A stretch of 64,000 nucleotides of DNA. Source: an uncultured Christensenella sp. (GTDB lineage: Bacteria; Bacillota; Clostridia; Christensenellales; UBA1242). The stretch is taken from assembly GCA_964434145.1 (NCBI GenBank), contig CAYSUG010000001.1:22933-86932 (forward strand), written 5' to 3'. The first letter of the stretch is position 1, and each line of letters begins with the position of its first letter. The position numbers and the translations under genes were made by a program. The notes beneath the pieces were generated by a model that was not told the origin of the DNA, did not search any database, and was given only the letters and a program-made list of their open reading frames with translations. Shown in pieces: positions 7,696 through 18,541 of the stretch.

Positions 7696-9013
7696 CTTTC
7701 TCTGCCTTACTCTTAATTACTAATTTGATAGGTGTTCCACTATAATCTACGCTCTTTCTAATACAGTTCTCTAGATATCTAACATAAGAGAAATGCATCA
7801 ATTTGGCATCATTACAGAACACGATAAATGTAGGCGGTGCGACCTCTGCCTGGGTGATATAGTATATCTTGCACCTTCTTCCACTCCTAGCAGGAGGCTC
7901 ATTGACCAGTATTGCCGACTGTAATATTTCATTAAGAACACTAGTACCAATCCTATTATGGGCATTGTAATATACCTTCTCTACCATTTCCATTACTTTA
8001 TTTAATCTCTGCCCAGTCAGTGTAGAGGTGTATAGAGAAACATAATAATCCATAAATTTCAGATCTTCATCCAGCTTCTTATTGAACTCATTCATGGTCT
8101 GAGTGTCTTTCTCTATCAAGTCCCATTTATTCATAAGTATAATGCTAGGCTTGCCCTCTTCATGCACTATTCCTGCAATACGAACATCTTGCTCGGACAA
8201 CCCTTCGCTAGCGTCTACCACAATTATAACTACATCTGCACGCTTAATAGCCTCAAATGACCTAAGAATGCTATATAATTCTACGCTCTCTGGCTCAATT
8301 GCCCTCTTCCTTCTAATACCAGCAGTATCAATAAGAACAAAATCCTTGTTGTTATATCTGAATGGAGTGTCTATTGCATCTCTGGTGGTTCCAGCAACAT
8401 CGCTAACCATTACCCTATTCTCACCAACTAACTTATTAAGAAGGCTACTCTTGCCAGCATTTGGCTTGCCAACAATAGCTATCTTAATCTTCTCCTTGTC
8501 CTCGTCCACACTGACTTTGTGCTTGAATTTAGACACAATACTATCCAGAAGATCACCAATACCCATGCCTTGTACGCTAGATATGCCAATAGGCTCACCA
8601 ATGCCAAGGTTATAAAATTCGTACAATTTCTGTTCATCATAATTATCTAATTTATTAACTGCTAGCACGACTGGCACGTTATATTTTCTAAGGAAATTAA
8701 CAGCATCATAATCTGCCGGAACTAAACCTTCCTTGCCATCCACAACCATGACAACCACATCTGCCAGATCTACTGCAATGGCTGCTTGCTTAGTAATATT
8801 CTGCTGGAACTCAGACTTGTTAAGAACATCCAGACCACCAGTATCTACCAAAGAAAAAGCATAGTCACACCACGTGGCATCACCATATATTCTATCTCTT
8901 GTTACCCCTGGCAAATCCTCAACAATACTGATTCTCTTGCCACAGATTCTATTAAAAAGTGTACTCTTGCCTACATTAGGTCTACCTACTATTGCTACTA
9001 ATGGCTTTTCCAT
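7682..9013 (-). CDS. der: ribosome-associated GTPase Der (EngA)
   Basis: Two tandem G domains (GRPNVGKST and GKPNAGKSS; DTGG and DTAG; NKLD and NKWD) plus a KH-like C-terminus. Start assigned at MEKPLVAIVG. Confidence 0.9.
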   Translation of the reverse strand: MEKPLVAIVGRPNVGKSTLFNRICGKRISIVEDLPGVTRDRIYGDATWCDYAFSLVDTGGLDVLNKSEFQQNITKQAAIAVDLADVVVMVVDGKEGLVPADYDAVNFLRKYNVPVVLAVNKLDNYDEQKLYEFYNLGIGEPIGISSVQGMGIGDLLDSIVSKFKHKVSVDEDKEKIKIAIVGKPNAGKSSLLNKLVGENRVMVSDVAGTTRDAIDTPFRYNNKDFVLIDTAGIRRKRAIEPESVELYSILRSFEAIKRADVVIIVVDASEGLSEQDVRIAGIVHEEGKPSIILMNKWDLIEKDTQTMNEFNKKLDEDLKFMDYYVSLYTSTLTGQRLNKVMEMVEKVYYNAHNRIGTSVLNEILQSAILVNEPPARSGRRCKIYYITQAEVAPPTFIVFCNDAKLMHFSYVRYLENCIRKSVDYSGTPIKLVIKSKAEKDGNN

Positions 9014-9168
9014 AACAACCTCCAATGCGTTGTTAGATTAGTATATCACACCTTGTATACAAAAAGAAATATAATTTTGTAATTTACAAAAACATTTTTT
9101 GCCATTTACTACAAGAAATTAAGCCTTGTGATGGCAATTGCACCATCACAAGGCTTAAAAATAATCGA

Positions 9169-11748
9169 TTACTCCGTAACTTGGAACGGATATACATTAA
9201 CCACCTTAATAGGTTTATCTATCTTCAGCGATCTATCCAGCGGCTTTACAACTGGAATTTTACTTGCCTTGACTAGCTTTAATACACCCTTTTCTTTCTC
9301 TACCACAAAGTCTACATTCGGAGACAGCCTTCTGGCATAAACCAGCTGAGGCATATCATTCTTCACAGCAATAATCTTGCTACCTTTTTTGTTCCTTAGA
9401 GACTGAGGAATTTGCTTGTACTTAATAGTATGCATCAGACCGTTACTTGCAAAGATAGTAACGGCGTCATCAGCTGTTACCTGCATAGCTGCTACCACTT
9501 CGTCCTTAGCAGCCAGCTGAATACCCTTGACACCCACACTGACTCTACCACTAACAGCTATATCATCAATTGGAACAACCATACCTATACCTTGCTTGGT
9601 GAATAACGCCATCTGAGCACCCTTCTTAACTATCTCTACAGAGACAACCTCGTCACCTTCTTTTAACTTAATTCCAGCAACGACACTCTTAGCACAAAGA
9701 TATTCACTGGCCGGAGATTTCTTAATCATGCCTTGCTTTGTCACCATAACAATAACATCATTACCGCCGTCCTTGCCTAGGTCTAGCATATCTACGACTT
9801 GTTCCTTAGTTGTTACACCCTTGGCATAAGAGACCAAGTTGGCACCCTTGTCACGGAACTTACACTGATTGATATTAGATACACTTAGCTGCACAGAATT
9901 GCCCAGATTAGTGAATATATGAACCAAGTTTGCCACATTGAACATCTTGCTGACAATAGGTATCTCGTAGGTTGTAGCGTTTGCTCCCAGATCCTTTGTT
10001 GCCATATTATAACTCTTCTTATTCACAGCCTTAAGCGTAGCATTAGGCGTAGCTATAATATGCAATTCTTCATCTGCCACCTCGCCAGACTGAACTGTAG
10101 TCTCTACTATCTCAAACTCGTCTGGGTTAATGAATTCTGTCTTTCTATCACAGCCAAATTTCTTTGCAATATCACCCAACTCATGCTTAACTATCTTCAA
10201 CTGCATCTTCTCACTCTTTAGAATAGATGTATATCTAACTATCAGATCCTTCAATCTCTTCAGCTCTGTAACTAGCTTGTCCACCTCTAGGTTGGTCAAT
10301 CTAGCCAATCTCATATCTAGTATTGCTTGCGCTTGGACATCTGATAGTTTGAACTTCTCTATCAATCTTATTTTTGCATCAGTAACACTCTTGCTGGTCT
10401 TAATAATCTTGATAACCGCATCAATATTCTGAATAGCAATCAGTAGTCCCTCTAATATATGTTCCTTTTTCAAGCAAGCTTCTAGGTCAAATTTCGTCCT
10501 ATTATATATAACCTTCTTTTGATAATTAACATAATAGCCTAGATAATCTATTAGACTCAGTTGCTTTGGCTTGCCGTCAGCAATCGCCACCATATTGGCA
10601 TTAAACGCTGCTTGCAGATCTGTCTGCTTGAATAATATATTCAGAATATTCTGCACCTTTGCATCTTTCTTCAGCTTAATAACTGCGCGCGTACCTTGTC
10701 TATCAGACTCATCTACTATATCCAGAATATAACTCAGTTCCCCTTTGTCATCAGCCTCTTTTAAGGCAGCAATTTTCTGCAACAATGTAGCCTTATTAAC
10801 CTGATAAGGAATCTCAGTGAATACAATATTCTTCTTATCATTATCGGCATTCTCTATATGATACTTCGACCTAATAATAATCTTGCCCTTGCCAGTCTCA
10901 TATACTTTCGCCATATCCTCACTATTTATAATATAACCACCTGTAGGAAAGTCTGGGCCTGGCATAACCTTTAGCAGTTGCTTCAATGTAATATTAGGAT
11001 TGTCTATATATGCACATACTGCATTACAAGCCTCTCTTAGGTTATGTGTAGGAATATTAGTGGCCAGACCTACCGCAATACCCATGCTGCCATTAACCAA
11101 AAGGTTAGGAAAACGTCCTGGCAACATATCTGGTTCTTTACAAGAGTCGTCGAAGTTCAAACTCCAGGATACAGTGTTCTTCTCTATATCCCTTAGAAGT
11201 TCTAGTGACAATGGAGCTAGTCTAGCCTCTGTATAACGCATAGCAGCGGCTCCATCACCGTCCACGCTACCATAGTTACCATGTCCATCAACCAAGACCT
11301 CACCCATATTAAATGGCTGTGCCAATCTAACCATTGTATCGTATATACTTCTATCGCCATGAGGGTGATATTTTCCCATGCAATCACCGACTATACGAGC
11401 ACTTTTTCTGTATGGTCTATCTGGCATGACGCCTACCTCTAACATACTATATAGCACTCTTCTCTGCACTGGCTTTAATCCGTCTTCCACCCTTGGCAAC
11501 GCACGATCCAATATAACATATTCGCTATATGGCAGCATTGACTCGTGAATAACTACATCGACTGGCTTTGTTACATATGTCTCGCCCTCCAGCCTTTCTT
11601 TCATCTCTTCTGCTTTTTTGGATCTTCTAGGTTTCTTTACCTCTGCAGCCATTGTCTCTTCTACTATATTTTCAGTCACCTTAGTTTCTTTCTTAGAGAC
11701 AATGTATTTGGATATATCATCACTTGGTTTGTCTGTCTTCTTTGGCAT
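9169..11748 (-). CDS. type IIA DNA topoisomerase subunit A (GyrA/ParC family; probably topoisomerase IV-like)
   Basis: Motifs DGLKPVQRRVLY, YHPHGD and AAMRYTEARL are present. I saw no QRRGGKG GyrA box. A K-rich N-terminal extension of about 65 aa precedes the domain. The gene is adjacent to the B subunit and not in a dnaA context. Confidence 0.8.
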   Translation of the reverse strand: MPKKTDKPSDDISKYIVSKKETKVTENIVEETMAAEVKKPRRSKKAEEMKERLEGETYVTKPVDVVIHESMLPYSEYVILDRALPRVEDGLKPVQRRVLYSMLEVGVMPDRPYRKSARIVGDCMGKYHPHGDRSIYDTMVRLAQPFNMGEVLVDGHGNYGSVDGDGAAAMRYTEARLAPLSLELLRDIEKNTVSWSLNFDDSCKEPDMLPGRFPNLLVNGSMGIAVGLATNIPTHNLREACNAVCAYIDNPNITLKQLLKVMPGPDFPTGGYIINSEDMAKVYETGKGKIIIRSKYHIENADNDKKNIVFTEIPYQVNKATLLQKIAALKEADDKGELSYILDIVDESDRQGTRAVIKLKKDAKVQNILNILFKQTDLQAAFNANMVAIADGKPKQLSLIDYLGYYVNYQKKVIYNRTKFDLEACLKKEHILEGLLIAIQNIDAVIKIIKTSKSVTDAKIRLIEKFKLSDVQAQAILDMRLARLTNLEVDKLVTELKRLKDLIVRYTSILKSEKMQLKIVKHELGDIAKKFGCDRKTEFINPDEFEIVETTVQSGEVADEELHIIATPNATLKAVNKKSYNMATKDLGANATTYEIPIVSKMFNVANLVHIFTNLGNSVQLSVSNINQCKFRDKGANLVSYAKGVTTKEQVVDMLDLGKDGGNDVIVMVTKQGMIKKSPASEYLCAKSVVAGIKLKEGDEVVSVEIVKKGAQMALFTKQGIGMVVPIDDIAVSGRVSVGVKGIQLAAKDEVVAAMQVTADDAVTIFASNGLMHTIKYKQIPQSLRNKKGSKIIAVKNDMPQLVYARRLSPNVDFVVEKEKGVLKLVKASKIPVVKPLDRSLKIDKPIKVVNVYPFQVTE

Positions 11749-11750
11749 AA

Positions 11751-13706
11751 TTACTTCCTATCCTTTTCGAAATTAGATACTTTGTTAAAGTTAGCATTCT
11801 CTATAATATATTTCTTCCTTGCATCAATATCGTCACCCATTAGCGTATTGATCATCTTCTCTGCCTCGGCAACATCATCCAAGGTCACTTGTACTAGCAC
11901 CCGCTTATCAGGGTCCATAGTTGTCTTCCACAACTGTTCTGCAGTCATTTCACCTAGTCCCTTAAAACGCTGTACTGTATAACTAGTAGATCCCTTAGTC
12001 GCCTTGAGATAATCTTCGTCATTGTAGATATATGTTGTCTCATTACGCTTGGTAATCTTATATAGTGGCGCAATGCCTATAAATACATGTCCGTCTAGTA
12101 TCAATTCCTTCATATATCTATAGAAGAAAGTAACAAGAATAGACCTAATATGTGCACCATCTTGGTCGGCATCGGCAAGGATTATTACCTTGTTATACTT
12201 CAAATTATTTATATTAAATGTATCGCCAATACCAGTACCTAGGGCACTGATTATAGTCCTAATTTCCTCATTGTCAAGAATCTGCGCCAAACGTTTCTTC
12301 TCTACATTAAGCGGCTTGCCACGCAGAGGAAGGATTGCTTGGAAGCTACGGTCTCTGGCTTGCTTAGCACTACCGCCCGCACTATCACCCTCTACTATAA
12401 ACACCTCGTTAAGTAATGGATTACGACCAGAACAACTAGCTAACTTACCCACTAAGCTGAAGTTCTCTGCATTGTGAGCTTGCCTTGTCAAATCTTTTGC
12501 CTTTTTTGCAGCCTCTCTGGCTTTTTGTGCCAACCTACCTTTTGCAATTATTGCAGATATAACATCCTTGCTACCCTTCTGATCAGCAAACAGTATCAAG
12601 TTATTATATACTATTTGCTCAACTTCTGGTTTTGCCTCTGGGTTGCCCAATTTAGTCTTGGTCTGTCCTTCGAATTGAACATTTTTCATCTTAACAGAAA
12701 GCACAACCGACATACCTTCTTTGAAATCATCATTAGTAAGGTTACTGTCCTTCTCCTTAATAATGCCCAACTTTCTACCTGCTTCATTGATGGCTCTAGT
12801 AAATCCACTCTTGAATCCAGTCTCGTGCGTACCGCCTTCGCTAGTAGGAATGTTATTGACATACGAGAATACATTCTCTGCATATCCGTCTGTGTACTGA
12901 ATAGCACATTCCATTATTACTTTGTCACTGGATCCAGCAAAATATATAGGTTCTTTGTATGCCAGAGACCTCTCTTTGTTAAGATATTTCAATAAGTCAA
13001 TTAGGCCATCTTTGAACTGATATGTCACAGTCCTAACCTCTGGGACATCTCTATATGTATTGTCAACCAAAACTAATTCTATGCCCTTATTTAAGAATGC
13101 TAGTTCTTTTAATCTTTTGGCAATAGTGTCATATTCGAACTGTACCGTCTCAAATATCTTGGCATCAGGCTTGAATGTTACCTTGGTTCCTGTCTTCTTA
13201 GTAGCACAGACTTTCTTCAACGGTCCCTGCGGTACACCTCCAGCATACTTGCCATTAGACTTCTTGATAGTCTTGAAATCCATAGAGTACTCGAATCCAT
13301 CTTTGCTAACCACAACATTCAGCCATTCTGACAACGCATTTGTTACACTGGCACCTACGCCATGCAGACCACCCGAATACTTGTAATTGTCATTATTAAA
13401 CTTACCGCCAGCATGAAGTTGCGTAAAGACAACCTCTACACCACTTATATTCATAGTAGGATGCTTGTCCACAGGAATACCTCTACCATCATCCTCTACA
13501 GTAGCCGAGCCATCTACATTAAGGGTAACTACAATCTTATTACCATAGCCATTGGTAATCTCGTCAATGGAGTTATCTACAATCTCCCACAATATATGAT
13601 GCAGTCCCTTGCTACCAGTTGTACCTATGTACATACCTGGACGAAGTCTAACAGCATCCAACCCCTCTAACACCACAATATTGGCACTCTTATACGTACT
13701 AGCCAT
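11751..13706 (-). CDS. type IIA DNA topoisomerase subunit B (GyrB/ParE family)
   Basis: Motifs LEGLDAVRLRPGMYIG, HHILWEIVDNSIDE, EGDSAGGSAKQARDR and PLRGK are present. Confidence 0.85.
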   Translation of the reverse strand: MASTYKSANIVVLEGLDAVRLRPGMYIGTTGSKGLHHILWEIVDNSIDEITNGYGNKIVVTLNVDGSATVEDDGRGIPVDKHPTMNISGVEVVFTQLHAGGKFNNDNYKYSGGLHGVGASVTNALSEWLNVVVSKDGFEYSMDFKTIKKSNGKYAGGVPQGPLKKVCATKKTGTKVTFKPDAKIFETVQFEYDTIAKRLKELAFLNKGIELVLVDNTYRDVPEVRTVTYQFKDGLIDLLKYLNKERSLAYKEPIYFAGSSDKVIMECAIQYTDGYAENVFSYVNNIPTSEGGTHETGFKSGFTRAINEAGRKLGIIKEKDSNLTNDDFKEGMSVVLSVKMKNVQFEGQTKTKLGNPEAKPEVEQIVYNNLILFADQKGSKDVISAIIAKGRLAQKAREAAKKAKDLTRQAHNAENFSLVGKLASCSGRNPLLNEVFIVEGDSAGGSAKQARDRSFQAILPLRGKPLNVEKKRLAQILDNEEIRTIISALGTGIGDTFNINNLKYNKVIILADADQDGAHIRSILVTFFYRYMKELILDGHVFIGIAPLYKITKRNETTYIYNDEDYLKATKGSTSYTVQRFKGLGEMTAEQLWKTTMDPDKRVLVQVTLDDVAEAEKMINTLMGDDIDARKKYIIENANFNKVSNFEKDRK

Positions 13707-13969
13707 TGATACACCTCATAAATATATTATTAATCAACCTAGTGTAACACATTTGAAAAAATCTTCAAAATAAAAAACATTTAAATAACAAATTCTTAAA
13801 AAGTCCTATTTTTAGAACTTTTTTGATGCCACGACAAATTTGCATCTGTAATTAATTTGTACAATAATTCAAAAAATACAAGTCTCAAATACTATAAATA
13901 ACATATCTCACCAGTAAATAAAATCATACATTTTGCATACACTTTAAATAATATAAGGAGACTGAAGTT

Positions 13970-15037
13970 ATGTCAAAAGCAATTGTACTAACCGGGGGCG
14001 GAACTGCTGGTCATGTAATGCCAAATATTGCATTGCTGCCAGAGTTAGAAAAACATTTTGATAAAATCTATTACATTGGAAGCAAGAATGGAATAGAGCG
14101 AAGCATAATAAAAAAATATGAAAATATCAAATATTACCCTATTGATAGTGCAAAGCTAGCAAGAAAATTGACATTAAAAAACCTTGCAACTCCATTCATT
14201 GTAATAAAGTCTGTATATCAATGTATGAAAATTCTTAAAGAAATCAAGCCAAGTGTAGTATTCTCTAAAGGTGGATATGTGGCAGTACCAGTCGTGATTG
14301 CAGCCAAGATGCTAAAGATACCAATAATTGCGCATGAGAGCGACTCTACAATAGGCCTTGCCAATAAGATAATATACAAATTCTGCAACACAATGTTCTT
14401 CTCCTTCAGTGAGGCTATGAAAGGATATGAGAAAAAAGGCAAGCACAGCGGCTCTCCAATTAGAAGAGAATTCTTTCACCCAAGGCGTCACAAGATAGCA
14501 GATATAATAGACAAAAACAAGAAAACAATTGTCATAGTTGGCGGCAGCCTAGGCAGCAAAGCACTGAACAAAATAATAACCTCTGCTTTAACTAAACTAA
14601 CAGACTACAACATAGTCAATATAGTAGGCAATGGAAAAATTAATAAGGAAATAAAGTATCCCAACTATTATCAATATGAATTCATTGACGACATTGCGGA
14701 CGTATACAACCTGGCAGATGTAGTCATATCCAGAGCTGGCAGTAATACAATATTTGAACTACTAGCTATGAAAAAACCGATGATACTAATCCCTTTGCCA
14801 AAAGATGAATCTAGAGGCGACCAGATAATAAACGCTGAGATTTTTGAAAGAAACGGCTGGGCAAAGTGCTTGAATCAAAAAGAACTAACTGCAGACCAGT
14901 TAGTTCTAGAAATTCGCCAAACTATTCAGAACAAATCCGAATACATAAAGCAAATGAATACACAAAGTAAAGAAAATGCTGTACAAATAATAGCAAAAGA
15001 AATAGTCAAGATATCAAACAATCTTGACAAAAAGTAG
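13970..15037 (+). CDS. murG: undecaprenyldiphospho-muramoylpentapeptide beta-N-acetylglucosaminyltransferase
   Basis: N-terminal LTGGGTAGHVMP. The GT28 layout and length of 355 aa fit MurG. Confidence 0.85.
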   Translation: MSKAIVLTGGGTAGHVMPNIALLPELEKHFDKIYYIGSKNGIERSIIKKYENIKYYPIDSAKLARKLTLKNLATPFIVIKSVYQCMKILKEIKPSVVFSKGGYVAVPVVIAAKMLKIPIIAHESDSTIGLANKIIYKFCNTMFFSFSEAMKGYEKKGKHSGSPIRREFFHPRRHKIADIIDKNKKTIVIVGGSLGSKALNKIITSALTKLTDYNIVNIVGNGKINKEIKYPNYYQYEFIDDIADVYNLADVVISRAGSNTIFELLAMKKPMILIPLPKDESRGDQIINAEIFERNGWAKCLNQKELTADQLVLEIRQTIQNKSEYIKQMNTQSKENAVQIIAKEIVKISNNLDKK

Positions 15038-15084
15038 TATATTTGTGTCAAAAACATATAAAAAGATGTCAAAACGACATCTTT

Positions 15085-16308
15085 TTATATCTTATCTAAT
15101 TCACTCTTGATTGCAGTTTTGTCAAGATGTTGACCAATAAACACCAACCGAATCATCCTATCGCCATACTCATCATTCCAATCACGCCTAAACGCCTCAT
15201 CAGACTGTAACCAAGACTGTTTTTCTTCCTCTGACAATATCACGTCGTACCACTCGCCATTCTCTGTCAAAGACTTGCTGTAGCCAGCCTGCTCGTACAA
15301 ATATGACATATCTCTGTTGTCTGAGAAATACACCACACCCTTAGTTCTTATGATTTTTCTTCCAAAATCTTTGGCACAAAAATCTTCAAAACCTAATCTA
15401 TCAAATGGCTCTCTACGATAATATACATAAGTCCCTATACCATACTCTTCGCCATGTTCGTGGTCGTGATCATGGTGGCAATGTTCGTGGTGATGATGGT
15501 CGTGGTGTTCATCATTTTCATAATCATGGCAATGACACTCGTTATGAGAATGATGACACTCTTCACACTCGTCCTCATCCACTTCTTTTTCCAACTCTTG
15601 TATCCAACCAGCGGATGTAAGTGCGTGTTCAAAATCAAATAGATTAGTATCCAGTATCTCGCTTAGATCTACCTTGGAATAATTGGTCTCAATCAGCTTT
15701 GCACTAGGTTGCAATTTCTTAACCACAGCCCTAACCCTGCCAAGGTCTTCTGGCGAGACATCATCGATCTTGTTAAGAATTAATACATCACAGAATTCTA
15801 TCTGCTGTATAACCAGATTCTCTATATCCTCATCGCCTACTTTTTCTTTGTCCAGACTCTCACCACAGCCAAATTCTCTTGCTAGCCTAATAGCATCTAC
15901 TACTGCTACTACTGCATCCAATTTACATATCTCAAACCCAAACAATTGTATCAGGTTCTCTCTTAAGAACTCCAATGTCTGTGCAATAGGAATAGGCTCA
16001 CATATGCCGCTAGCCTCTATCACTATATGATCAAACTTCTGCTGTTTAATAATCTCAGCCACTTGTTCTATTAGATCTTGCTTCAATGTACAGCATATAC
16101 AGCCATTGGATAGAGCCACCAAGCTCTCTTCTTTCTTTCCTACAACGCCACCTTTTTCAATCAATTGAGCGTCTATATTGACTTCGCCTATATCATTGAC
16201 AATCACTGCAACCTTGTATCCAGCAGAATTGGCTAGAATGTTATTAAGCAGCGTTGTCTTGCCGCTACCAAGATAACCAGTAACTAGTGTAATTGGAACT
16301 GTTTTCAT
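15085..16308 (-). CDS. COG0523-family G3E GTPase (CobW/ZigA/YciC-like metallochaperone) with a His/Cys-rich insert
   Basis: Contains the GYLGSGKTTLLN P-loop and the CICCTL metal motif. The central stretch is CEECHHSHNECHCHDYENDEHHDHHHHEHCHHDHDHEH. Confidence 0.85.
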   Translation of the reverse strand: MKTVPITLVTGYLGSGKTTLLNNILANSAGYKVAVIVNDIGEVNIDAQLIEKGGVVGKKEESLVALSNGCICCTLKQDLIEQVAEIIKQQKFDHIVIEASGICEPIPIAQTLEFLRENLIQLFGFEICKLDAVVAVVDAIRLAREFGCGESLDKEKVGDEDIENLVIQQIEFCDVLILNKIDDVSPEDLGRVRAVVKKLQPSAKLIETNYSKVDLSEILDTNLFDFEHALTSAGWIQELEKEVDEDECEECHHSHNECHCHDYENDEHHDHHHHEHCHHDHDHEHGEEYGIGTYVYYRREPFDRLGFEDFCAKDFGRKIIRTKGVVYFSDNRDMSYLYEQAGYSKSLTENGEWYDVILSEEEKQSWLQSDEAFRRDWNDEYGDRMIRLVFIGQHLDKTAIKSELDKI

Positions 16309-16363
16309 ACTATTTACTCCTTCCTACAAAAACTAGGCTATAAATACAGCCAAGCTGACTATT

Positions 16364-17095
16364 TTATTCTTCGTAATTATCTACATTGTGATACACTTCT
16401 TGGACATCATCGCTCTCATTTAATGCATCCATCAATTTGACAAAGCTAGCCATTTTGTCCTCTGGAATAGAGACATAACTACTAGGAATCATCTCTACTG
16501 CAAAATGCTCTACCATAATACTATTGTTATCAAAGTATTCCTTGACAGAGTCTAGATTGTTAGGCTCTGTATATATTGTGAAGCACTCGTCATCTATCTC
16601 TACATCCTCTGCACCCGCTTCTAGTGCGTGCATCATCATATCATCATCGGATATTCCAGTACCCTTAGCCACAATTAGTATACCCTTACTATTAAACATA
16701 TATGATACACAACCAGTCGATCCTAGACTACCTCCAAATTTGTCAAAATAATGTCTTACATCTGACGCTGTCCTATTCTTGTTATCAGTCAAACAATATA
16801 CAATAACTGCACTGCCGGCTGGACCATATCCCTCGTATGTAATAGATTCATAATTGACGCCACCAGTCTCGCCAGACGCCTTCTTGATAACTCTCTGGAT
16901 ATTATCGTTTGGCATATTCACAGATTTTGCCTTCTGTATCAGATTCTTTAGCTTTGGATTACTGCTAGGGTCTGCGCCACCAGTTTTGACAGCCACAGCC
17001 AGCTCTCTGCCAATTTTTGTAAACACCTTAGCATTAGCGGCATCATTCTTTGCCTTGGTATGTTTGATTGTACTCCATTTATTATGTCCTGACAT
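16364..17095 (-). CDS. yebC: YebC/PmpR-family transcriptional regulator
   Basis: MSGHNKWSTIKHTKAKNDAANAKVFTKIGRE... is a canonical YebC N-terminus. Confidence 0.9.
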   Translation of the reverse strand: MSGHNKWSTIKHTKAKNDAANAKVFTKIGRELAVAVKTGGADPSSNPKLKNLIQKAKSVNMPNDNIQRVIKKASGETGGVNYESITYEGYGPAGSAVIVYCLTDNKNRTASDVRHYFDKFGGSLGSTGCVSYMFNSKGILIVAKGTGISDDDMMMHALEAGAEDVEIDDECFTIYTEPNNLDSVKEYFDNNSIMVEHFAVEMIPSSYVSIPEDKMASFVKLMDALNESDDVQEVYHNVDNYEE

Positions 17096-17110
17096 AAATA
17101 TATCTTCCCC

Positions 17111-17851
17111 TTATTTCAAATAAAACATTATTATCCCAGCAGACACACTGGCATTAAGACTCTCTACGCCATTGGTCATAGGGACAGATATCGTGGTTGT
17201 AGCAATGGATCGCATCCTAGCAGACACTCCACGACCTTCACTACCTATTATTATACCAAATTTACTACTCTTCGGTCTACTATTTTCGATACTAATTCCC
17301 GTCATATCACAACAAATTAATTCTATCTCATGCGATTTTGTATACATTTCTATATCGTCATATGACATATCTTCCACTATATTTAATCTAAATACAGTAC
17401 CCATACTGGTCCTTACAACTTTGGGCGAATATGCGTAGCAAGAATTAATTGCGACAATAGTATTGTAGCCAAATGCAGCAGCCGATCTACATATTGCACC
17501 AAAATTGCTAGGGTCTTGAATCCCGTCAAGAATAACAACTTTCTCGCCATATGCATCAGTATGTTGCGGCAGTCTTACTATTGCAAAAATACCTGTCGTG
17601 GTCTCCGTTTGAGCCAGATGCTTTGCCACGCTGTCAGATATCTCATACACATCGCACTGTGCCCTAGTCACTACATCCACAAATCTGTTCGCATCTGCTA
17701 TAAATATCGTCTCACATAGTCCCAACGACTGCATTTCGGCAATAATCTTCGGACTCTCTACCAGAGTCTTACCCTCTAACCTAGAGTATTTTGGCATAGT
17801 CAATTTGCTAGCGTATTTGATTAATTTATTGTCTTTACTACTAATTAACAT
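17111..17851 (-). CDS. TrmH/SpoU-family RNA 2'-O-methyltransferase
   Basis: SpoU motifs DPSNFGAICRSA, GSEGRGVS and IPM..ESLNASVSAGI are present. Confidence 0.8.
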   Translation of the reverse strand: MLISSKDNKLIKYASKLTMPKYSRLEGKTLVESPKIIAEMQSLGLCETIFIADANRFVDVVTRAQCDVYEISDSVAKHLAQTETTTGIFAIVRLPQHTDAYGEKVVILDGIQDPSNFGAICRSAAAFGYNTIVAINSCYAYSPKVVRTSMGTVFRLNIVEDMSYDDIEMYTKSHEIELICCDMTGISIENSRPKSSKFGIIIGSEGRGVSARMRSIATTTISVPMTNGVESLNASVSAGIIMFYLK

Positions 17852-17936
17852 CGTCCACCTCTACTACCTAGTGTACTACTATTACACACAAAAAACAACA
17901 TAACTAAGTATGTTGTTCGATTTTCTTATTACAGAC

Positions 17937-18296
17937 TTAAGCCTTAGCGATTGCTTTCTTAGCACTAGCTACTAATTCTGCAAAAGCCTTCTCATCATTA
18001 GCAGCAAGATCAGCAAGAACCTTTCTGTTAAGATTGATGTTAGCCAATTTTAAGCCGTGCATGAATACGCTATATGATATATCGTTCATTCTGCAACCAG
18101 CATTGATTCTAACAATCCATAGCTTTCTAAAGTCTCTTTTCTTCAATCTTCTACCAATATATGCATATTGGCCGCTCTTCATAACTGCTTGGTTAGCCAC
18201 TCTGTATTGCTTACTTCTAGCACCCCAATAACCCTTAGCAGCCTTCAATACCTTTCTTCTCTTCTTTAATGCATTAACAGCTCTCTTAATTCTCAT
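17937..18296 (-). CDS. rplT: 50S ribosomal protein L20
   Basis: [28 protein letters not shown]... is a full-length L20 pattern. Confidence 0.95.
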   Translation of the reverse strand: MRIKRAVNALKKRRKVLKAAKGYWGARSKQYRVANQAVMKSGQYAYIGRRLKKRDFRKLWIVRINAGCRMNDISYSVFMHGLKLANINLNRKVLADLAANDEKAFAELVASAKKAIAKA

Positions 18297-18321
18297 AATA
18301 TTCCTCCATATTAGTCAGTTT

Positions 18322-18516
18322 TTAGCCAACTAGTAGTCCTTTTACATTCTTTTGGTCTGCTTTGGATACATAAGTTGCTTTTCTCAGTCCTCTCTTTCTG
18401 TCCTGAGACTTCTTAGTCAAAATGTGTCTTCTATTCTGTTTATTTCTCTTGATTACTCCAGACTTCTTCAAAGAAAATCTCTTCTTTGCACCAGAGTGTG
18501 TTTTTTGCTTAGGCAT
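18322..18516 (-). CDS. rpmI: 50S ribosomal protein L35
   Basis: [14 protein letters not shown]..., 64 aa. Confidence 0.95.
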   Translation of the reverse strand: MPKQKTHSGAKKRFSLKKSGVIKRNKQNRRHILTKKSQDRKRGLRKATYVSKADQKNVKGLLVG

Positions 18517-18541
18517 AATTTTTCTCCTTTAATATTAGTTG

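Noticed and set aside
15405-15642. Three small ORFs on both strands in a GTG/ATG/CAT-rich stretch
   Set aside because: They are alternative-frame readings of the His/Cys-rich insert of the COG0523 GTPase gene, a low-complexity codon repeat.
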